Origin: an uncultured Collinsella sp.
Lineage (GTDB): Bacteria > Actinomycetota > Coriobacteriia > Coriobacteriales > Coriobacteriaceae
Assembly (NCBI GenBank): GCA_902491765.1
Contig: CABUIY010000007.1
Span: 5,204 to 69,203 of the forward strand
Length of the DNA stretch: 64,000 bases
Direction of reading: 5' to 3'
The first letter of the stretch is position 1; each line of letters starts with the position of its first letter. The notes beneath the pieces were generated by a model that was given only the letters and a program-made list of their open reading frames with translations, did no database searches and was not told the origin of the DNA. Below are positions 1 through 8,141 of this stretch, piece by piece. The position numbers and the translations under genes were made by a program.

Positions 1-843
1 CATGTTGGCATAGATAGTGTTACCGTTGGTAGAGCTCATGGCCGTGGAGCGATAGAGCGCCGACACGATGCCCGTGGAGACGGACTGCTCGTTGCCGAAC
101 GGCGAGCCGATGGCCATAACCCACTCGCCCACGTTGAGCTTGGAGGAATCACCAATCTCGATCGGCGTGAGCTTGGAGGCATCGGCGTCCTTGAGCTTGA
201 TGACGGCCAGGTCGCTCGAGGCGTCGTTGCCCACGAACTCGGCCTCATAGGTGGTGCCGTCGTCCATGGTCACCACGTACTGGTCATAGCCATCGACCAC
301 ATGGTTGTTGGTGAGGACATGGCCCTCGGTATCGAGCACAACGCCCGAACCGACGCTGCCCGAGCTATCCGACTCATCAGCAGACTGCGAAAGCGAGCCA
401 TTCTGGCTGCCGCTCGAAGTGGCGGTGATGGAAACGACGGAAGGCAGGGCCTTGGCAGAAACGGCCTCGGCCAGCGTGGTGTCCTCGGAGTCGATGGTGA
501 TCTTTTGCGTCGATGAACCCGAAGCACCCGCCGTCACGGCGTTCCTGCCGCCGCCGATATCGAGCGTGCCGCTCATAATGAGCGCAATGACCAGCAGGGC
601 GCCGCAGGCACAGCCGGCGAGTGCCGTAATAAAGATCGGCAGCTTTTTGGTTTTGGTCTTGACCACCGTGTGCTTGTTTACAACCTGCTGGCCGCCCAGC
701 GGCTTGCCGGTCTGTGTGTCGTAAGCCTGCACGTAGGGAATGTTGCCGTCGGCAGGCGTCGACTCCACCTGCACGCGCGGCTGCTGCTGGGTCTCGCCAG
801 CGTTGCCCGCATCCTGGGGACGCTGGGAATCGTTCTCGCTCAT
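1..843 (-). CDS. HtrA/DegP-family (S1C) serine protease, N-terminal part; the gene continues past the window start
   Basis: Edge-truncated ORF absent from the supplied track. My reverse-strand translation from the ATG at 841-843 gives MSENDSQRPQ..., then a TM helix (LPIFITALAGCACGALLVIALIM). Trypsin-fold motifs follow: GSGVVLDTEGHVLTNNHVV (catalytic His) and SSDLAVIKL (Asp). The catalytic Ser and PDZ domain lie outside the window. Confidence 0.85.
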   Translation of the reverse strand, partial: MSENDSQRPQDAGNAGETQQQPRVQVESTPADGNIPYVQAYDTQTGKPLGGQQVVNKHTVVKTKTKKLPIFITALAGCACGALLVIALIMSGTLDIGGGRNAVTAGASGSSTQKITIDSEDTTLAEAVSAKALPSVVSITATSSGSQNGSLSQSADESDSSGSVGSGVVLDTEGHVLTNNHVVDGYDQYVVTMDDGTTYEAEFVGNDASSDLAVIKLKDADASKLTPIEIGDSSKLNVGEWVMAIGSPFGNEQSVSTGIVSALYRSTAMSSTNGNTIYANM

Positions 844-1008
844 GGCTGCGATCCTTTCGTCAAATAACCAAAGGCCCGCCAAACATGTGGCGGGCCATCA
901 TTGTTCACGTTGAGTTGTACCCCAATATGCGGGCGAACGTGTATGAGAACGCAATCTTTTAGGAAGGCTTAAGTTCTGTTGCAGCCCTAAAAGGACCCGG
1001 CCCACGGC

Positions 1009-1045
1009 AAAACCACCACAAAGGCGCCTGTCCCCTTTGTGGTGG
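1009..1045 (-). terminator. Rho-independent terminator after the response-regulator gene
   Basis: 12-bp stem CCACCACAAAGG (1013-1024) / CCTTTGTGGTGG (1034-1045). On the minus strand it is followed by TTTTG. Confidence 0.7.
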
Positions 1046-1049
1046 AAAT

Positions 1050-1712
1050 CTAGTCCTTAAACAGATAGCCCACGCCGCGGACGGTGGTAATGTGCGCCGC
1101 GATCTGCGGGCCCACCTTGGAGCGGATGCGTCGGATGTGCACGTCGACGGTGCGCGTGCCGCCGCAGTACTCAAAGCCCCACACGCGGTGCAGCAGCACC
1201 TCGCGGCTGTAAGCGCGGTTGGGGTGTGTCGCCAAAAAGCTCAGCAGCGAGTACTCCATCAGCGTCAGGTCGATGGGCTCGTTATCGAGTGTCACCTGGT
1301 AGGTAGCCAGGTTAATCTCGAGGTTATCGATGTTGAGCACATCGTCGGCAGCGACGGTCTCCTCCTCGCCCATCAGGCGCTGCGCGCGAGCCTTGAGCTC
1401 GTTGGGCGTCGCCGTGGGGCATACAAAGTCGGCATGCGCGTGATTCGGCAGACGCAGGGTGCCGAGCGCCTCGTCGTCGACGATCACCAGCATGGGGACG
1501 CCGCCACGATCGTCAAGCCACTTGGCAATCTGATCGATGCGGTCGCTGCGAATGCCGTCGGAATCGAGGATCAGCAGGTCAAAGTCGTGCGCTGCAGTCG
1601 GCGAATCGGGGGTTGCCAGGCTCACCTCGACACCCAGGGTGGTCGTCAAGCTGCGGGCAAACTCGTGGAAGCGCGTCGTGCGCGCCATGAACAGGGCACT
1701 CTTATCGGACAT
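1050..1712 (-). CDS. Orphan OmpR-family winged-helix response regulator with an atypical receiver; GlnR-like
   Basis: The C-terminus (LTLMEYSLLSFLATHPNRAYSREVLLHRVWGFEY...TVDVHIRRIRSKV...TVRGVGYLF) is an OmpR/PhoB DNA-binding domain. The receiver keeps LLILDSD but lacks the N-terminal acidic DD pair and the K-P motif. No kinase gene is adjacent. It sits directly downstream of glnA. The start was moved to the ATG at 1710-1712 (GGAGG 5 nt upstream); the track start is a TTG. Confidence 0.8.
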   Translation of the reverse strand: MSDKSALFMARTTRFHEFARSLTTTLGVEVSLATPDSPTAAHDFDLLILDSDGIRSDRIDQIAKWLDDRGGVPMLVIVDDEALGTLRLPNHAHADFVCPTATPNELKARAQRLMGEEETVAADDVLNIDNLEINLATYQVTLDNEPIDLTLMEYSLLSFLATHPNRAYSREVLLHRVWGFEYCGGTRTVDVHIRRIRSKVGPQIAAHITTVRGVGYLFKD

Positions 1713-1762
1713 ATCGGCCTCCAAGGAAATGAGCTCAATCGTACTGAAACAAGCCAGCGCGA

Positions 1763-3100
1763 TTAGGAGTTCGCCAGGTAGTGCTTAATCTCCCACTCGG
1801 TGATCGTAGACTCAAACTTATGCCACTCGTCGCGCTTCTTTTTAAGGAAGAAACTGTGGATGTGCTCGCCGAGGGCATCCTTCATAAACTGCGAGTCCTC
1901 AAACACGTCGAGCGCCTCTTTGAGCGAGCGCGGCAGCGGCGTGTAGCCGGCCTCGAGCATCTGACGGTCGGTAAGCTTGAGCGTCTCGGCCGTTGCCTCG
2001 GGCGGGAGTTCCAGCTTGCGCTCGATGCCGTCGAGACCAGCCGCCAGCGTGACGGCGTTGACCAGGTACGGGTTGGCCATGGGGTCGGGGCTACGAAGCT
2101 CGATGCGCGTGGACAGCTGCTTGCCGGGCTTGTAGACCGGAATGCGGACCATGCTCGCGCGGTTGCGCAGGCCCCACGTGGCGTACTGCGGCACGGAATC
2201 GCCGCCCGTGGTGATGCGCTTGTACGAGTTGACCGTGGGGTTAGTGATAGCGCTGATCTCGCGCGCGTGTGCCAGAATGCCGGCCATGTAGTGCTTGGCG
2301 ATATCGGAGAGGTGATACTTCTCGTCGTCCTCGCCCCAAAAGACGTTGTTGCCGTCGTGGTCGAATAGCGACTGGCACAGGAACATAGCGCTGCCGTCCT
2401 CGCCCGCCAGCGGCTTGGGCATAAAGGAGGCGTGGCACCCGCTCTCGTAAGCCTGCTGCTTAATGATGAGTTTGGCCGTGGTGATGGCGTCGGACATGCT
2501 CAGGGCCTCGGCGTGGCGCAGGCTCATGCCGTGCTGCGAGCGACCGGCGGCGTGAAAGGTGTACTCCACGGGCACGGACATCTTCTCGAGCGTAAGGACC
2601 GTGTTGCGGCGCAGGTCGCGGGCGGCATCGCTCACCGAAAGATCGAAGTAGCCCACGTTGTCGAGCGGCTCGGGCGTGTGCTCGTCGGGGAAGTAGTAAT
2701 ACTCCAGCTCGGCGCCCACGTTGAGCAGATAGCCAGCCTTCTCGGCCTTGCGGAACATGCGGCGCAGGGCATCGCGTGGATCGCCGGCAAAGGGCTTGCA
2801 ATCGGGAGTGCACACGTCGCAGAACACGCGGGCGACGCCGTTGTGGCTCGGGCGCCACGGCAGAATCTGGAAGGTCGAAGCATCGGGAAACGCCAGCATG
2901 TCGGCTTCCTCGGGCGTGGCAAAGCCCTCGATGGCGGAGCCGTCAAAGCCAATACCCTCCTCAAAAGCGACCTCGAGGTCCTCGGGGCTAATGGCAAAGT
3001 TCTTGAGGCGGCCGAGAATGTCGACAAACCACAGACGCACAAAGCGGATGTCACGCTGCTCTACAGAGCGGAGTACGTAATCGATGTTCTGCTGGTTCAT
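1763..3100 (-). CDS. glnA: Glutamine synthetase, type I
   Basis: 445 aa. The N-terminus (IRFVRLWFVDILGRLKNFAI...GIGFDGSAIEGF) and the central and C-terminal GS-I motifs (NPTVNSYKRI, ASMVRIP, RIELRSPD) are recognisable. Confidence 0.95.
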   Translation of the reverse strand: MNQQNIDYVLRSVEQRDIRFVRLWFVDILGRLKNFAISPEDLEVAFEEGIGFDGSAIEGFATPEEADMLAFPDASTFQILPWRPSHNGVARVFCDVCTPDCKPFAGDPRDALRRMFRKAEKAGYLLNVGAELEYYYFPDEHTPEPLDNVGYFDLSVSDAARDLRRNTVLTLEKMSVPVEYTFHAAGRSQHGMSLRHAEALSMSDAITTAKLIIKQQAYESGCHASFMPKPLAGEDGSAMFLCQSLFDHDGNNVFWGEDDEKYHLSDIAKHYMAGILAHAREISAITNPTVNSYKRITTGGDSVPQYATWGLRNRASMVRIPVYKPGKQLSTRIELRSPDPMANPYLVNAVTLAAGLDGIERKLELPPEATAETLKLTDRQMLEAGYTPLPRSLKEALDVFEDSQFMKDALGEHIHSFFLKKKRDEWHKFESTITEWEIKHYLANS

Positions 3101-3139
3101 GTCGCTCCCCTTTCTTTCGGGCGGGTTTCGACTGGTCTA

Positions 3140-3160
3140 TATCGCAGATACTATCGCAGA
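3140..3160. promoter_or_regulatory. Direct repeat TATCGCAGA x2 (12-bp period) 40-60 bp upstream of glnA; candidate operator
   Basis: TATCGCAGA occurs at 3140-3148 and 3152-3160. In glnA sense the repeats are flanked by GGAAAC and CGAAAC motifs that resemble GlnR-box b-sites. Confidence 0.4.
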
Positions 3161-3233
3161 AAAATGTTTCCGCAGGGTTAAAGCGTATCAAGCGCTCAAA
3201 AAACGTGTGCGAACAGGCAGATATGACAAGTGA

Positions 3234-3605
3234 CTATCGTTCAGATTCGGAGACAATTTGCCTACAGGCTCGTTCCAGCGCAGGGAACTCCATCGTCACT
3301 GCATCCCAAACAACCGAGCGGTCGACATTGCCGTAATCATGCGCAAGATAATTTCTCATGCCGATAATTCCACGCCATTCAATTTCGGGATGAAGCCGCT
3401 GCGAGCGTTCTGACAACTTGCCCGCCTCTTCCGTCACCCTAAGCGCACACATCAAAAGGGAGTCCGCCAACGCCCTTGTCCGCACGTCATTCGCATGCAG
3501 AAACTGATCCTCGGTGATATCAAAAACCTTGATGCGCTCGTTCGTTTCGGAGATGGCCTCCAAAACCTCTTGGGCGCGAAGGCAGTCTGACTTACGCGCG
3601 ATCAT
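3234..3605 (-). CDS. HepT-like (DUF86) toxin of an MNT-HepT toxin-antitoxin pair
   Basis: 123 aa. It carries the RX4HXY motif as RNYLAHDY. It overlaps the upstream MNT gene by 14 nt. Confidence 0.85.
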   Translation of the reverse strand: MIARKSDCLRAQEVLEAISETNERIKVFDITEDQFLHANDVRTRALADSLLMCALRVTEEAGKLSERSQRLHPEIEWRGIIGMRNYLAHDYGNVDRSVVWDAVTMEFPALERACRQIVSESER

Positions 3606-4086
3606 AAAGGATCACTCCTTCGCGCTCGATCGCCGCGGCAAGATCGTCATCAAGACAGTCACTCGAGACGAGGTCGACCTGCCTCCCGGTTTCTTTGCGC
3701 ACCGCCTCACCAAATGCCGACAGCGCGAAAAGACCAAAGCCCTGCTCGCGATCGACTTCGAGACGCAAGTCAATATCACTATCGGCATGAGCCTCGCCAC
3801 GGGCATACGAACCAAAAAGAATCACGGTTTTGATGGCGGGAATCGAGCTGGCCGCCTCGCGGACGGCGGACTCAATCTGGGCAGTATCCAAAATGCCCGT
3901 CGCGGCGCTTTCGCTCGCAGAGCTTTTACCAAGTGAAGGAACAAACGGCAGAGAGCGCTCGCGCAGCATCTGCCTCATAAACATATTGACCGCAACAGAC
4001 GAAGTCATGCCAAGCTCTTCGCACAGCTCAGCAAATGAGTCTTTAATTGACGAGTCCACTCGCACACTCAGCACAGACGCAGCCAT
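3592..4086 (-). CDS. Fusion antitoxin: N-terminal RelB/DinJ-type RHH domain plus C-terminal MNT nucleotidyltransferase domain
   Basis: The N-terminus (SVRVDSSIKDSFAELCEELGMTSSVAVNMFMRQMLRERSLPF) is DinJ/RelB-like. The C-terminal half has the minimal NTase signature ILFGSYARGEAHADSDIDLRLEV. Confidence 0.8.
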   Translation of the reverse strand: MAASVLSVRVDSSIKDSFAELCEELGMTSSVAVNMFMRQMLRERSLPFVPSLGKSSASESAATGILDTAQIESAVREAASSIPAIKTVILFGSYARGEAHADSDIDLRLEVDREQGFGLFALSAFGEAVRKETGRQVDLVSSDCLDDDLAAAIEREGVILYDRA

Positions 4087-4128
4087 GGATACCTCCTGTA
4101 TGACATTGTCTATATATTATCACACAGA

Positions 4129-5151
4129 CTAGCGAGAGGTCGAGGCGCGGTGTTCGATGTGGCCGGGGATCTCGATGCGTTTGGGCGCCAGCTTTGCGGC
4201 CTCACCCACCGTGGTGGTGACGACGTCGATGCGCTCGGACAGGCGCTCGACCACGCGCTCGGCGATGGTAAGGGTGTCTTGCGCGGCCGTGGTCACGCCG
4301 CCAAAGAGCACATGGTTCCAGGGGTAGTCGTCAAACGTCGCGATCTTGAGCCCTGCCGGCAGCGAGGGACCAAGCTGTGCCAGTGCCTCGGTCAGGCGCA
4401 GAAAGACCAGACCGTTGACGGCAATGAGGCCGAGCTTTTTACCTGCATAGCCGCGGATGGTCTCGTCCAAACGGCCAACGCCCGTGGCACCGCCATCGGC
4501 CAGGGTAACGACCTCGCCCGCAAGACCGCGGTGCAAAAGCTCGTCGGTAAAGGCCTCGGCGCGCTTGCGACGCACGGGGCTGTCGTCGCTTGCCTCGGTG
4601 AGCAGGCACAGGCGCTCGCTGCCAGCGGCGGTCAAGGCGTCTACCAGGCCGGCGACCAGCTCACGGTTGTTAGATGTCACCAGATCGACACCGCCGTCGG
4701 CAACGTCGCGGTCGAGCAGCACAACGGGCAGGCGCCCCGCGGCCGCGGCGATCGCCTTGTCGTTGCCTCCGCAGGTGTTGACGACCAGGCCGTCCACGCC
4801 GGCATCGATAAGTCTGGTGAGCGACTCGGCCTCCTTGGCGGGATCGTTGCCGCTAATGGCCGTCATGAGCGAGCAGCCGCGCGCGGCGGCACTGGCGGAA
4901 AGGCCCTCGAGCATAGCGCTGGAGAACGGGTTGGCGATGTCGGCCAGGATCACACCGATGAGGTTGGTGCGCGAGCTGCGCAGATTGCGCGCGGCAGCAC
5001 GTGGGCGATAGCCGGTGCGCTCGATAACCGCCGCGATGCGAGCGCGGGTTTCCTCGGTCATCTGCCCGGGGCGGTTGTTGAGATAGCGCGAGACCGTGGC
5101 CGGGCTCACGCCCGCCTCGGCGGCAATGTCCTTGATTCTCATCTGCGCCAT
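4129..5151 (-). CDS. LacI-family transcriptional regulator
   Basis: HTH IKDIAAEAGVSPATVSRYLNN followed by a periplasmic-binding-protein-like sugar-binding fold. The start is uncertain (5151 or 5142); the track's 5199 start adds a non-homologous leader. Confidence 0.9.
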   Translation of the reverse strand: MAQMRIKDIAAEAGVSPATVSRYLNNRPGQMTEETRARIAAVIERTGYRPRAAARNLRSSRTNLIGVILADIANPFSSAMLEGLSASAAARGCSLMTAISGNDPAKEAESLTRLIDAGVDGLVVNTCGGNDKAIAAAAGRLPVVLLDRDVADGGVDLVTSNNRELVAGLVDALTAAGSERLCLLTEASDDSPVRRKRAEAFTDELLHRGLAGEVVTLADGGATGVGRLDETIRGYAGKKLGLIAVNGLVFLRLTEALAQLGPSLPAGLKIATFDDYPWNHVLFGGVTTAAQDTLTIAERVVERLSERIDVVTTTVGEAAKLAPKRIEIPGHIEHRASTSR

Positions 5152-5276
5152 GGCGCACCCCGTTTCCCAATTGTCAGCAGTCTGAGCCATTTTAGGCATT
5201 TTTTTAAAAATCTCGGTTGCAAAACGCTGTAGGTGAGCAGCGTCGTTTTTACGTCTCGAGCAGATGCGATGATGGG

Positions 5277-5969
5277 CTAGATAGACGAGTCTTTAGGCAG
5301 CTCAAAGTAGTCGGGATGCAAGGCGATAACCGGGCCCTGCTCCTCGGGCATCAGGTGCAAGTGCGTCTCTGCCAGATAACTCGCCGCATCGGTATCGCCC
5401 CTCTTAATGGCCTCGAGAATCCGGCGATGCTGCCGACGAATCGGCTCCCAATCCAGATCCTGCGACACCATACGCAACCAGTTGTATCGCTCAAAATGCG
5501 TGTTGATGCTCTTCATCCAATCCCACAACATGTGACGATCGGCAATCTCAAAACATGTCTCATGGAACAAGTTGTCCAGATCGAAAAAGCGACGTGTTTC
5601 GCTATGGTCGAGTGACTCGGACTCGGCAAGAATCTGCTCAAGCCGCTGCTTTTGCTCGGGCGTAGCAGCCGAACAACATTTAATGAGCACGCTTCTCTCG
5701 AGCTTCTCGCGCAAGAAACAGGCGTTCTCGGCGCGCTCCATGCTGATTTTTGAGACATAAGTGCCGCTTTTGGGACGCGTTTCCACCAGCTCCTGCTCAC
5801 GCAGGCGCACAAAGGACTCGCGAATGGGCGTGCGCCCGATTCCCGTCTCCTTTTCCAGACCAATCGCCGAAAGGCGCGTGCCAGGCTTGAGCTCGGCATA
5901 GATGATCTTGGAGCGCAATGCGTTGTATGCCTGGTCTTGCAGGCTCTGATAATGCTGGTGTTGTTCCAT
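5277..5969 (-). CDS. GntR/FadR-family regulator with an FCD domain
   Basis: wHTH LSAIGLEKETGIGRTPIRESFVRLREQELVETRPKSGTYV followed by a helical FCD-type C-terminal domain. The start was set at MEQHQHY (an RBS GAGGG lies upstream). Confidence 0.85.
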   Translation of the reverse strand: MEQHQHYQSLQDQAYNALRSKIIYAELKPGTRLSAIGLEKETGIGRTPIRESFVRLREQELVETRPKSGTYVSKISMERAENACFLREKLERSVLIKCCSAATPEQKQRLEQILAESESLDHSETRRFFDLDNLFHETCFEIADRHMLWDWMKSINTHFERYNWLRMVSQDLDWEPIRRQHRRILEAIKRGDTDAASYLAETHLHLMPEEQGPVIALHPDYFELPKDSSI

Positions 5970-6114
5970 AAAGCCCTCGGATGAAGCCCACGGTTTGTCG
6001 AATATCACCACGTAATACTATCGCATCGACACGCCCCAGCTCCCAATCAGTCTTTTTGGGACGGGGCTCTTTTAGCTACCCTGGCCCGCAGATCGGCCCC
6101 CTTGCCACAAAAGT

Positions 6115-6252
6115 GGCCCATCTACTACGTTAACACGGATAGCCTCGGCCATACCGAAAACCGTGAAAACAAAACCGCAGGTAGACAGCTTGTCGATTTT
6201 CGAAAAAGTCGACTATGGTTGACCCCTGCGGCTTAAACGTAGTAGATAGGCC
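6115..6252. repeat. Nested long palindrome in the GntR / ATPase intergenic region
   Basis: Outer arms are GGCCCATCTACTACGTTAA (6115-6133) and TTAAACGTAGTAGATAGGCC (6233-6252). Inner arms are CCGCAGG / CCTGCGG. The centre is GTCGATTTTCGAAAAAGTCGAC. Confidence 0.7.
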
Positions 6253-6390
6253 CTTTTCGTGGCGCAGCACTACTGCACCCCAAATTGGCACCCCGAGCCC
6301 TCGTGAGTTGCCAACAAGCTGTTCGCCCAGCGCTTTATCCGCGCGGCATTTGGAAAATAGCACCACCGCAAAACCCGCGAGTAGCGCTTA

Positions 6391-6435
6391 CTTTGCTATA
6401 TCTTGCTATACTTTGCTATATCTTGCTATATCTTG
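6391..6435 (+). repeat. Tandem 10-bp repeat YYTTGCTATA x4.5 immediately upstream of the ATPase gene
   Basis: The sequence reads CTTTGCTATA TCTTGCTATA CTTTGCTATA TCTTGCTATA TCTTG. It ends 16 nt before the ATG at 6452. Confidence 0.9.
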
Positions 6436-6451
6436 AGCAAAGGTGGCTCAC

Positions 6452-7543
6452 ATGCAAACAAACCCTTTTAAGCCCACAGCAGGTAAAACACCTCCCACGA
6501 TTATCGGCCGCGAAGATGTACTCGAAGAATTCAATGAAGGCCTCATCAACGGGCCTGGTGCCCCGGGGCGCCTAATGCGCATAGCCGGCGTCCGTGGAAC
6601 GGGCAAGACGGTCCTCCTTGACGAGTGCTCACGTTTGGCGCAAAGCCGTGGCTGGACGGTCATAAAAGAGGTCGCAACCGAGGGACTTTGCCAGCGCATT
6701 CTCGAACAGCTGCAGCCCAAATTCCAGGCCAAACACGCCAGATTTGAGCCCACCGTAGCTGGCATATCCATCGGCAGCATAGATATTGAGCGAATCGGCC
6801 CATCGCTACGCGACGCCATGAGACAGACAATATCCAAGAATGGAAATGGCCTGCTCATCACTCTCGACGAGGTTCAAGACGCAGAGCTCGATGAGGTCCG
6901 AACGCTCTCCATTGCGATTCAGCAGGTTATCGGCGAAGACCTTGATATCGCCTTTGTTTTTGCTGGGCTGCCTTCGATGATTGAAAGCATCATCAACGGA
7001 AAGACACTTACGTTTTTGCGCCGTGCCCTCCCCTTTGATCTGAAGGCTGTGGCAGTAACCGAAGTGTCGTACTCCCTCGAGGAAACCATTGAAGCGTCTG
7101 GCATGGAGTTGCAGCCAGGTATTGCCGGCCAACTTGCCGAGGCAACGCAAGGCTATCCTTTCATGATCCAACTCGTTGGATACTACGCATGGCAGTTGGC
7201 AAGACGCGCACATACAGCGATTATTGGAGAAGAAGAAGCCGAGCGTGGCATTGCAACGGCACGCGAACGCTTCTGCGCCATGGTGATTGAGCCCGCGCTG
7301 CAGCGCATTCCGCCCACGTGCATCGCTTATCTGCTGAGCATGGCGTCTTTGGGGCAGACGAGCTCGACCAGCATGGTTGCCGATGCCCTAAACAAAACGC
7401 CTCAACAGGTGAGCTCCGTCCGCAGCCGCCTGTTAAGAGAATCGATTATCGAGGCTCCTTCGTACGGCAAGGTCTCATTTGCCATCCCCTACATGCGCGA
7501 CTACCTCTACGAACACAAAGCCGAACTGGAAGTTGAACTGTAG
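6452..7543 (+). CDS. P-loop (AAA-type) ATPase with a C-terminal winged-helix domain, function unknown; paralog of 58326-59408
   Basis: Walker A is GVRGTGKT and Walker B is LLITLDEVQD. The N-terminus is NPFKPTAGKTPPTIIGRE. The C-terminus has an HTH-like stretch (VADALNKTPQQVSSVRSRLLRESIIE). The start is the ATG at 6452, after AAAGGTGG. Confidence 0.85.
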   Translation: MQTNPFKPTAGKTPPTIIGREDVLEEFNEGLINGPGAPGRLMRIAGVRGTGKTVLLDECSRLAQSRGWTVIKEVATEGLCQRILEQLQPKFQAKHARFEPTVAGISIGSIDIERIGPSLRDAMRQTISKNGNGLLITLDEVQDAELDEVRTLSIAIQQVIGEDLDIAFVFAGLPSMIESIINGKTLTFLRRALPFDLKAVAVTEVSYSLEETIEASGMELQPGIAGQLAEATQGYPFMIQLVGYYAWQLARRAHTAIIGEEEAERGIATARERFCAMVIEPALQRIPPTCIAYLLSMASLGQTSSTSMVADALNKTPQQVSSVRSRLLRESIIEAPSYGKVSFAIPYMRDYLYEHKAELEVEL

Positions 7544-7562
7544 AAACGGTAACTGCCCTGCA

Positions 7563-7615
7563 AGACGAAAACCGTTTTCATACGGATTTAAAGCAGACGT
7601 AAACGGTTTTCGTCT
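7563..7615 (+). terminator. Hairpin downstream of the ATPase gene
   Basis: AGACGAAAACCGTTT (7563-7577) pairs with AAACGGTTTTCGTCT (7601-7615). It is followed by GTTTTACG. Confidence 0.5.
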
Positions 7616-7716
7616 GTTTTACGTTCGGGAATAAGACGCAAATTGCACTTTCGTATGGTTTTACGCCAAACGCAACACGCTTTCGTCCGGCTATGCGTCC
7701 CCAATCCAGACGAAAA

Positions 7717-7746
7717 GGGCCCCGAGCTCGTGTGAGCTCGGGGCCC
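7717..7746. terminator. Perfect 13-bp GC hairpin
   Basis: GGGCCCCGAGCTC gtgt GAGCTCGGGGCCC. AAAA lies on the left and TTTG on the right, so it could act as a bidirectional terminator. Confidence 0.6.
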
Positions 7747-7754
7747 TTTGTGCC

Positions 7755-8042
7755 GCACATCTATGAGATGGAATCGATGCGCACGGGCGCTACTCCATGT
7801 AGCCACCCTGGGATGGCGGAAACCTCGTCGTTCCCCGCCTGATGGGCGTGCTCAAGGCATCCGTCCCCCTCTTTATCGACGTGACCGGCAAAAAGCTCGT
7901 CGAGGAAACTATCCGCACGCACCGCGATGTGGCCGACGCCATCGCCTCGCGCAATCCCACCGCCGCGCACGACGCGATGTATCTGCACCTGGTGTATAAC
8001 CGCAACATGATTGCGGAGGGAGCAGAAGCAAAAGGCATTTAG
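7755..8042 (+). pseudogene. Remnant of a GntR/FCD-family regulator (C-terminal end only, upstream part frameshifted or absent)
   Basis: The 66-aa ORF 7842-8042 (EETIRTHRDVADAIASRNPTAAHDAMYLHLVYN) looks like the last helices of an FCD domain. An in-frame stop lies at 7800-7802. No wHTH-encoding part lies upstream. Confidence 0.5.
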
Positions 8043-8075
8043 GGCCCGACAATAATCTTTCTTTGGCAAAACGCA

Positions 8076-8115
8076 GGCGGCTGCTGCCCAACACACAGGG
8101 CAGCCGCCGCTTTTT
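8076..8115. terminator. Bidirectional terminator between the FCD remnant and the oxidoreductase gene
   Basis: Stem GGCGGCTGCTGCCC / GGGCAGCCGCC, followed by TTTTT on the plus strand and by TTTTG on the minus strand. Confidence 0.7.
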
Positions 8116-8141
8116 GCAATCGATTGGTGCAAAGGGGTTGG

